A stretch of DNA of 35,243 nt from Acetobacteraceae bacterium (GTDB lineage: Bacteria; Pseudomonadota; Alphaproteobacteria; Acetobacterales; Acetobacteraceae), in contig JANXRT010000293.1 in NCBI GenBank assembly GCA_025356735.1, positions 1 to 35,243 on the forward strand, written 5' to 3'. The stretch's first letter is position 1, and each line of letters starts with the position of its first letter. This document shows positions 9,760 to 16,059 of the stretch, one piece after another. The notes under the pieces were generated by a model. That model was not told where the DNA came from. It saw only the letters and a list, made by a program, of their open reading frames with translations, and searched no databases. The translations under genes were made by a program, and so were the position numbers.

Positions 9760-10077
9760 ATGGGCACGACGGCAAAGGACACACTGGCGGAACATGTGAT
9801 CACCACCCTGCGGGCGCATGAGGCGGAGCTTCGCAAGGCGGGCATCCGCCGCCTGTCCATCTTCGGTTCCGTGGCCCGAAACGAGCCCCGGCCGGACAGC
9901 GACATCGACCTCGCGGCTGAACTGGACCCGGTTGCTCAAATGGACCTGTTTCAGTTGACGGGCTTGCAGACCCGCCTTGCAACGCTGCTTGGCCGCGAGG
10001 TGGCCCTGATCCCCGAGCCGGTCGAGAAGGCCCGTCTGCAAGCCAGGATCGACCGGGACCGTCGGCTTGCCTTCTGA
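9760..10077 (+). CDS. mntA: MntA-type nucleotidyltransferase antitoxin (type VII TA system)
   Basis: In-frame ATG at 9760 inside ORF 9286..10077. It has the minimal nucleotidyltransferase motif FGSVARNEPRPDSDIDL (GS...DxD). Its end overlaps the downstream DUF86/HEPN gene by 11 nt. Confidence 0.8.
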   Translation: MGTTAKDTLAEHVITTLRAHEAELRKAGIRRLSIFGSVARNEPRPDSDIDLAAELDPVAQMDLFQLTGLQTRLATLLGREVALIPEPVEKARLQARIDRDRRLAF

Positions 10078-10417
10078 TTACGACCCGATCGACAGCCTGC
10101 TGGACATCATCGAGAACACGGAGCGGATCGCCCGCTACATTGCCGGGCTTGATCGAGTGGCGTTCGAACATGATGGCTTGATTCGCGATGCCGTCGAACG
10201 ATGCCTTGGACACTTGTGCGAAGCGGCCCACCGCCTCGGCGCCAATGCCGGGGAATGGATGCCCGATCAGCCCTGGCACGACATACGCGCCATAGGGAAT
10301 CGCCTGCGACACGCCTATGGTCGTATCGATACCGACATTATCTGGCGCACCGTGACAGAACGATTGCCCCGGCTGGAGGCCGACGCGAAAGCCACCCTGG
10401 CAAGCCTGCGCCCTTGA
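10067..10417 (+). CDS. hepT: HepT-like (DUF86/HEPN) toxin
   Basis: TTG start. The 116-aa protein aligns to the DUF86 consensus around W..I.G.xN.L.H.Y..ID..I.W. The motif here reads AIGNRLRHAYGRIDTDIIW. It forms the classic overlapping pair with the MntA gene. Confidence 0.8.
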   Translation: MPSDYDPIDSLLDIIENTERIARYIAGLDRVAFEHDGLIRDAVERCLGHLCEAAHRLGANAGEWMPDQPWHDIRAIGNRLRHAYGRIDTDIIWRTVTERLPRLEADAKATLASLRP

Positions 10418-10429
10418 TCGGGTCGAACG

Positions 10430-11944
10430 CTAACCTGACGCAGATTGTCGTGTGCGGCAGGCGGCAGGCATCCATACGGCAAGCTCGTTCTGTTCCGCTA
10501 GCGAAAGACGAAGGCCTAACTTGCTTCGCCGCCACAGCACGTCTTCGGCGGTTCGCGCCCATTCGTGGCGCACCATCCAATCGACCTCCGCCTCGAACAG
10601 GCCGCCGCCGAAGTCGCGGCCGAGTTGGCGAGGGGATTTTGCATCGCCCAGGATGGCGCGGCAGTCGGTGCCGTAGCTGCGGACCAGCCGATTCGACAGG
10701 TGCGGCGGCAGGAAAGAAAATTCGCGTTGCAGGTCCTGTTGCAGCGATTGGGCGCCGTTCCATGCGAAGTCGCCGCCGGGAAGCTGGCTCGATGCGGTCC
10801 AGGGTGCGCCGATGTCGGGAAAGAAAGGCGCCAGCCGCCCGAGGGCGCCCTCGGCCAGTTTGCGAAATGTCGTGATCTTGCCGCCGAACACGGACAGGGC
10901 GGCCGGTTGGCCGGCAGGCGCGTCGAGTTCCAGCACGTAGTCGCGGGACGCTTCCTGGGCGGTGCTGGCGCCATCGTCGCGCAGCGGGCGCACGCCCGAA
11001 TAGCGCCAGACTATGTCCTCGTGGCGGACGGGCTGGACGAGGTATTCGTTGACGGCGTTCAGCAGGTAGGTTTCTTCGGCCACAGAAATCCCCGCGTCGG
11101 CCGGATTGCCGGAGAAATCCTCGTCAGTCGTGCCGATGAGGGTGAAATCATCTTCGTAGGGAATGGCGAAGCAAACCCTTTTGTCGGCGTTCTGGAAGAT
11201 GTAGCAGCTTTCGTGGGCGAACAGCCGGCGGACCACGATGTGGCTGCCCTTGACCAGGCGGATGGCGGTCGGCGCGTTCTGGCGCAGCACGCCCGACAGC
11301 ACGTCCGACACCCAGGGGCCGGCGGCGTTGACGATGGCGCGCGCGGTGATCTGCTTCTCCGGTCCGTCGCCCGCAAGACGCAGCCGCCAGGCGCCGGCAT
11401 CGCGCTCGGCGGCGAGGCAGCGCGTGCGGGTGCGGATCACCGCCGACCGGGCGGCAGCGTCGCGGGCGTTGAGCACGACCAACCGGGCGTCATCGACCCA
11501 GCCGTCGGAATACTCGAAGCCGCGCGTATAGCCGGCTTTCAGCGGCAAGCCGGCGGGATCCTCTCGAAGTTTCAGCGTGCGGGTCGGCGGCAGCAGCCGA
11601 CGGCCGCCGATATGGTCGTAGAGAAAAAGCCCGGCCCGGATGATCGGCCAGCGCCGCAGCCCGGGATGGTGCGGCAGCACGAAGCGCAGCGGCCAGGCGA
11701 TGTGCGGCGCCATCCGCAGCAGGATTTCGCGTTCGCGAAGTGCCTCGCGCACCAGCCGGAAATGGCCGTGCTCGAGGTAGCGCAGGCCGCCATGGATCAG
11801 CTTGGTCGAGGCCGACGACGTGCCCTGGGCCAGGTCGCCCTGCTCGACCAGGATGACGGACAGCCCGCGCCCGGCGGCGTCGCGGGCGATGCCGCAGCCG
11901 TTGATGCCGCCGCCGATGATCGCAAGGTCGAAAGCGGCAGTCAC
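10430..11944 (-). CDS. glpD: Aerobic glycerol-3-phosphate dehydrogenase (FAD-dependent)
   Basis: FAD motif DLAIIGGGINGCGIARDAAGRGL, then STKLIHGGLRYLEH. I infer a GTG start at 11944 (alternative TTG 11959). The upstream part of ORF 10430..12556 overlaps the M20 gene and is Arg/Pro-rich read-through. Confidence 0.85.
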   Translation of the reverse strand: MTAAFDLAIIGGGINGCGIARDAAGRGLSVILVEQGDLAQGTSSASTKLIHGGLRYLEHGHFRLVREALREREILLRMAPHIAWPLRFVLPHHPGLRRWPIIRAGLFLYDHIGGRRLLPPTRTLKLREDPAGLPLKAGYTRGFEYSDGWVDDARLVVLNARDAAARSAVIRTRTRCLAAERDAGAWRLRLAGDGPEKQITARAIVNAAGPWVSDVLSGVLRQNAPTAIRLVKGSHIVVRRLFAHESCYIFQNADKRVCFAIPYEDDFTLIGTTDEDFSGNPADAGISVAEETYLLNAVNEYLVQPVRHEDIVWRYSGVRPLRDDGASTAQEASRDYVLELDAPAGQPAALSVFGGKITTFRKLAEGALGRLAPFFPDIGAPWTASSQLPGGDFAWNGAQSLQQDLQREFSFLPPHLSNRLVRSYGTDCRAILGDAKSPRQLGRDFGGGLFEAEVDWMVRHEWARTAEDVLWRRSKLGLRLSLAEQNELAVWMPAACRTRQSASG

Positions 11945-11970
11945 GTCATCTGCACTCAAGCGTGGTGCCT

Positions 11971-13359
11971 TCAAGCTTGGGCGAATTTCGCCAGCAGGCG
12001 CGCGTGGGCGCGGATGCCGTGGTGAAAGCAGGTCTGCTCGAATTTTTCGTTCGGGCTGTGAATTTGGTCGTCGTCGAGCCCGAAGCCCATCAGCACGCTG
12101 TCGATGCCGAGGATGCGCTTCAGCGATTCGACCACCGGGATCGAGCCGCCGCTGCCGATGCGCACCGCCGGCCGGCCGTATTCCTCCGCCAGCGCCGCCT
12201 GCGCCATGCCGACCCACGGGCTGTCGGTGGCGATCTCGATGCCCGGGGAGTTGGAGAAGCTTTGTATTTCCATCCTGGCGCCCGGCGGCAGCCGGTCGCG
12301 CACGAAGCGCTCGAACGCCGCGTAGATCGCACCCGGGTCCTGGCCGGCGACCAGCCGGAACGACACCTTGGCCGAGGCGCGGGATGCGATCACGGTTTTC
12401 GCGCCGGCGCCGGTGTAGCCGCCCCAGATGCCGTTGATGTCGGCCGTCGGGCGCGCCCATAGCCGGTCCAGGGCCGACAATCCACGCTCGCCGCCGGGCT
12501 CGGTCAGGCCGATCCTGCCAAGAAATGCCGCCTCGTCGAAGCCAAGCGCCTGCCACTCCGCCGCCTGCTCGGGCGAAACCGGCGCCACGCCGTCATAGAA
12601 GCCGGGGACCTGGACGCGGCCGTCGTCGTCGTGCAGCCCGCCCAGGATGCGGGTCAGCGCGTTGATCGGGTTGAGCGCCGAGCCGCCATAGAGCCCGGAA
12701 TGCAGGTCCTTGTCGGGCCCGTGCACGGTGATCTCGGTATAGACCATGCCGCGCAACCGAGTCGTGACGGCGGGTGTTTCGACGTTCCACATGCCGGTGT
12801 CGCTGATCAGCGCGACATCGGCACGCAGCGCATCCCGGTTGTCGCGCAGGAACGCTTCAAGGTTGACCGAGCCGACCTCCTCCTCACCCTCGATGACCAC
12901 GGTGAGGTTGCCGGGAACGGTGCCGGAGACATCCTTCCAGGCGCGCATCGCCTCCAGGAACATCGCCACCTGGCCCTTGTCGTCGACCGCGCCGCGGGCG
13001 ACGAACTTCTTTCCGCGCGGGCCGTCAACGATGGCCGGCTCGAACGGCGGGCTGGTCCACAGCTCGACCGGATCGGGCGGCTGCACGTCGTAATGGCCGT
13101 AGAACAGCACGTGCGGACCGGGGCCCGCGTGGCGCGCCAGCACCACCGGATGGCCGGCGGTTTCCCGCAGCTCGGCCACGAAGCCAACATCGAAAAGGCG
13201 ATCGCGGACCCAGATCGCGGCACGCCGGCAATCCGCCTGGTGGGCCGGCTGGGCGCTGATGCTGGGAATGCGCAGCCAGTCGAACAGGGTCTGCCGGGAG
13301 GTGTCGAGGCCGGCGTCGATATGCGCCAGAACCTTCGTCAATCCGGGGCTTTCGTCCAT
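11971..13359 (-). CDS. M20-family metallopeptidase (dipeptidase / ArgE-DapE-CPG2 family)
   Basis: The ATG at 13359 is preceded by AGGAG at 8-nt spacing. Family motifs: FYGHYDVQP, ARGAVDDKGQ, IEGEEEVGS. The upstream part of ORF 11971..13668 runs through the tandem repeat and is not coding. Confidence 0.8.
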   Translation of the reverse strand: MDESPGLTKVLAHIDAGLDTSRQTLFDWLRIPSISAQPAHQADCRRAAIWVRDRLFDVGFVAELRETAGHPVVLARHAGPGPHVLFYGHYDVQPPDPVELWTSPPFEPAIVDGPRGKKFVARGAVDDKGQVAMFLEAMRAWKDVSGTVPGNLTVVIEGEEEVGSVNLEAFLRDNRDALRADVALISDTGMWNVETPAVTTRLRGMVYTEITVHGPDKDLHSGLYGGSALNPINALTRILGGLHDDDGRVQVPGFYDGVAPVSPEQAAEWQALGFDEAAFLGRIGLTEPGGERGLSALDRLWARPTADINGIWGGYTGAGAKTVIASRASAKVSFRLVAGQDPGAIYAAFERFVRDRLPPGARMEIQSFSNSPGIEIATDSPWVGMAQAALAEEYGRPAVRIGSGGSIPVVESLKRILGIDSVLMGFGLDDDQIHSPNEKFEQTCFHHGIRAHARLLAKFAQA

Positions 13360-13374
13360 GTCGGCCACTCCTGA

Positions 13375-13428
13375 GATGAACGCCAGATTGGGGATGAACG
13401 CCAGATTGAGGATGAACGCCAGATTGGC
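13375..13428. repeat. Perfectly phased 3 x 18-bp tandem direct repeat (GATGAACGCCAGATTG + GG/AG/GC)
   Basis: The units are 13375-13392, 13393-13410 and 13411-13428. They differ only in their last two bases. The array lies in the divergent intergenic region, 16 nt upstream of the M20 start and 80 nt upstream of the NodT-family start. Confidence 0.9.
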
Positions 13429-13508
13429 ATGGTCGCGTCGAGCGTCAATCCGCGCTCGTCGCAACCGCGACAACACGGCTATGGCCGGTTGCGGCGCGCG
13501 CGCGCAAC

Positions 13509-15071
13509 ATGGCGGTGAAACCAAGGTGTGCCTGGCGAATGATCTTTCGACGCAGCGCTGGCCTGCTGGCGGCCCTGGTCCTGGCCGGCTGCACGGTGGG
13601 GCCGGATTTCGTGCCGCCCGACAGCGGCTCGCCGGCGGTGCTGACCGACCTCGATGGGCGCCGGACAAGCTTCGGCAAGCCGGCGGCGAGCCAACCGGTG
13701 GCGACGGCGGTCGATCCGGCCTGGTGGGCGCTGTTCAACGATCCGGTGCTGTCCGCCCTCGTCGAGCGGGTTGCCGATCAGAACCTGGATGTCCAGCTCG
13801 CCACATCGCGGCTGGCGGAGTCGCGCGGCCAACTCGGCATCACCAGCGCCTCGCAGTTCCCGCGGCTGAACGGATCGGCCGGATACGTCACGCAGCAGGC
13901 CAGCGGCAAGGGCATCTTCGGCCTGCTTGGCGGGGCGGCGGCCGGTAGCCAGGCGGGCGGCATCCGCGGCTCCCGGCTGCAGCCGTTCGATCTCTACAGC
14001 TATGGCTTCGACGCCTCGTGGGAACTGGATCTGTGGGGGCGGGTGCGCCGATCCATCGAGTCGTCCGATGCGGCGCTGACGGCATCCACCGAGGCGCGGC
14101 GCGATGCGTTGGTCTCGGCAATGGCGGAGGTGGCGCGCGACTACATCCAGCTGCGCGGCGTCCAAGCCAGCCTGGCAATCGCCGCGCGCAACCTGCGCAC
14201 CTCGCAACAGAGCTTCGGGCTGGTCCAGGAACGCGCCACCGGCGGCCTGGTTACCGATCTCGACGTCGCCAACGCCTCGGCCCAGGTCGCCACCATCGAG
14301 GCCGATTTTCCGCGGTTGCAGGCGCAGCAGGCACAGTTGATCAACGCGATCTCGCTGCTGCTCGGCCAGGAGCCGGGTGCCGTCGCCGCCCAGCTGCTGA
14401 CGCCCGCGCCGGTGCCGCCGGTGCCGCCGCGCGTGCCGGTCGGGCTGCCTGGCGAACTCGCCCGCCGCCGTCCCGACATCCGCCAGGCCGAAGCCGATCT
14501 GCATGGCGCCACCGCCGATATCGGTGTCGCGGTGGCCAGCTTCTATCCCAGCGTGACGCTGTCCGGCAGCGTCGGCATCCAGGCGCTGCGGCTGAAGGAT
14601 ATTTCCAACTTCGACGCGCACCAGTACACGCTGGGGCCCTCGCTCAGCGTGCCGATCTTCGATGCTGGCCGGCTCAAGGGCAATCTCGCCTTGCGCACCG
14701 CCCAGCAGCAGACCGCCGCCGTGCGCTACCAGCAGGTCGTGCTGCGATCCTGGCACGAGGTCGATAACGCGCTGACCGCCTACGATACCGAGCAGCGCCG
14801 CCGCGATGCACTGGGGCGCGCCGTCGTGCAGAACCGGCGCGCGTTGGCCCAGGCGCAAACCCGTTATTCCGCGGGGGTGGCGGACTTTCTGTCGGTGCTG
14901 GATGCCCAGCGATCCCTGCTCAGCACCGAGGACGCGCTGGCGCAGAGCACCGCGGCGGTGTCGGGAAATTTGGTTTCGATCTACAAGGCTTTGGGTGGGG
15001 GTTGGGAGACTGCGATGCCGGAGGAGGTAGCGCAGCATGGGACGCTGCCCCAAACCCGGCCCCACCTTTAG
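13509..15071 (+). CDS. Efflux outer-membrane factor lipoprotein, NodT family (TolC-like)
   Basis: Lipobox LVLAGC. PDF motif right after the Cys. The body has the two-repeat OMF pattern (LDVQLA..., FYPSVTLSGS..., IFDAGRLKGN...). Alternative start ATG 13539. Confidence 0.85.
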   Translation: MAVKPRCAWRMIFRRSAGLLAALVLAGCTVGPDFVPPDSGSPAVLTDLDGRRTSFGKPAASQPVATAVDPAWWALFNDPVLSALVERVADQNLDVQLATSRLAESRGQLGITSASQFPRLNGSAGYVTQQASGKGIFGLLGGAAAGSQAGGIRGSRLQPFDLYSYGFDASWELDLWGRVRRSIESSDAALTASTEARRDALVSAMAEVARDYIQLRGVQASLAIAARNLRTSQQSFGLVQERATGGLVTDLDVANASAQVATIEADFPRLQAQQAQLINAISLLLGQEPGAVAAQLLTPAPVPPVPPRVPVGLPGELARRRPDIRQAEADLHGATADIGVAVASFYPSVTLSGSVGIQALRLKDISNFDAHQYTLGPSLSVPIFDAGRLKGNLALRTAQQQTAAVRYQQVVLRSWHEVDNALTAYDTEQRRRDALGRAVVQNRRALAQAQTRYSAGVADFLSVLDAQRSLLSTEDALAQSTAAVSGNLVSIYKALGGGWETAMPEEVAQHGTLPQTRPHL

Positions 15072-15073
15072 GC

Positions 15074-15092
15074 TTGGGGTAGCTCCCCGGGG
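15074..15092. repeat. Short GC-rich palindromic element (GGGGTAGCTCCCC core), related to module 1 of the REP-like elements at 16012 and 31315
   Basis: It fills the 25-bp gap between the convergent NodT and cysE stops. The core GGGGTAGCTCCCC resembles GGGGTAGCACCCC (reverse complement of 16014-16028) and GGGGTAACGCCCC (reverse complement of 31319-31331). Confidence 0.35.
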
Positions 15093-15096
15093 TGCC

Positions 15097-15939
15097 TTAC
15101 TTGCCGGTGCTTAGCGCCGGCATTCCCTGCTCCATCGTCATTGAGGCGGGCTGGGTCAATTTGGGGCCGACTGAACGGGCGGGGACGCCCACGGCGGTGG
15201 TGTAGGCCTCGATCGAGCTTAACACGATGCTGCCGGCACCGATTTTGGCACCCTCGCCGACCTCGATGTTGCCGAGCACGGTGGCGCCGGCGCCGAGCAG
15301 CACGCCGCGGCGGATTTTCGGATGGCGGTCGCCGCATTCCTTCCCGGTGCCACCCAATGTCACGCCTTGAAGTATCGAAACATCGTCCTCAACCACGGCG
15401 GTCTCGCCGATTACCAGGCCGGTGGCGTGATCGATCAGGATGCCGTTGCCCATCTGTGCCGCGGGGTGGATATCGACGCCGAAGACCTCCGATACGCGGC
15501 TTTGCATATGTCGCGCGAGGTGGATCTTGTTCTGCAGCCACAGGCGGTGGGCGATGCGGTGGGCCTGCAGCGCCTGGTAGCCCTTGAAGTAGAGCAACGG
15601 CGTGAGCTGGTCGGGGCAGGCGGGATCGCGGTCGCGGATCGCCTGGAGGTCGGTCGCCGCGGCGGCGACGATGCCGAGATCGACGTCGAGCACGTCGCGG
15701 ATGACGTCCGACAGGGTCCATTCATCAAAGGCGGGAACCGCGAGGCGGCGGGCGATAACGGCGATCAGCGACTCGGCGAAGCAGTCATGGCGGAGAATCT
15801 GCTCGTCGATCAGGCGGGCGAGCACTGGCTCCCGCGCCGCAACGGCAGCGGCTTCCTGGCGGATTGTCGCCCAGACGCGCTGCACGACAGGCGCAATTAT
15901 TCGATCTTGGGTGCAGAGAACCAGCCGATGTTGCGCCAT
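15097..15939 (-). CDS. cysE: Serine O-acetyltransferase
   Basis: Hexapeptide-repeat C-terminal half (DIHPAAQMGNGILIDHATGLVIGETAVVEDDVSILQGVTLGGTG...HPKIRRGVLLGAGATVLGNIEVGEGAKIGAGSIV). SATase N-terminal helical domain. I chose the start at ATG 15939 by family N-terminal length. Alternatives are 15975 and 15999. Confidence 0.85.
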   Translation of the reverse strand: MAQHRLVLCTQDRIIAPVVQRVWATIRQEAAAVAAREPVLARLIDEQILRHDCFAESLIAVIARRLAVPAFDEWTLSDVIRDVLDVDLGIVAAAATDLQAIRDRDPACPDQLTPLLYFKGYQALQAHRIAHRLWLQNKIHLARHMQSRVSEVFGVDIHPAAQMGNGILIDHATGLVIGETAVVEDDVSILQGVTLGGTGKECGDRHPKIRRGVLLGAGATVLGNIEVGEGAKIGAGSIVLSSIEAYTTAVGVPARSVGPKLTQPASMTMEQGMPALSTGK

Positions 15940-16011
15940 GCTTTGGATCGTCCGTTGTTCCCGTCCGTCGAACATGGGGCGGATTGCCGCCGCGAGCAAG
16001 GTAAGGCGGGT

Positions 16012-16053
16012 CCGGGGGTGCTACCCCCGGCGGGGATTGGGGCAGAGCCCCAA
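16012..16053. repeat. REP-like bipartite GC-rich palindromic element (two hairpins)
   Basis: Hairpin 1 is CCGGGGG-TGCTA-CCCCCGG (16012-16030). Hairpin 2 is TTGGGGC-AGA-GCCCCAA (16037-16053). The element sits immediately downstream of the molybdoenzyme stop (16060-16062) with no U-tract. A related copy is at 31315-31369. Confidence 0.55.
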
Positions 16054-16059
16054 CCTTGC

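Noticed and set aside
7976-9784. 602-aa ORF on the minus strand
   Set aside because: It is antisense to the two ABC permease genes. The sequence is dominated by H/R/Q/D/P runs (HRRH, QQRQ) with no domain signature.
10565-12025. 486-aa plus-strand ORF
   Set aside because: It is antisense to glpD, which carries an unambiguous FAD-binding motif and family signatures. I recognise no motifs in this ORF.
11945-12556. N-terminal 200-aa extension of the glpD ORF (ORF 10430..12556)
   Set aside because: The extension overlaps the 3' half of the M20 peptidase gene in another frame and is Arg/Pro/Gly-rich. The GlpD FAD motif starts right after the GTG at 11944.
13486-13508. Alternating GC tract / near-palindrome GTTGCGGCGCGCGCGCGCAAC just before the NodT-family start
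   Set aside because: It is an imperfect palindrome, and such tracts are expected by chance in very GC-rich DNA. There is no independent support for a function.
13479-15065. 528-aa minus-strand ORF
   Set aside because: It is antisense to the NodT-family OMF gene, which has a lipobox and OMF repeats. This ORF shows no family resemblance.
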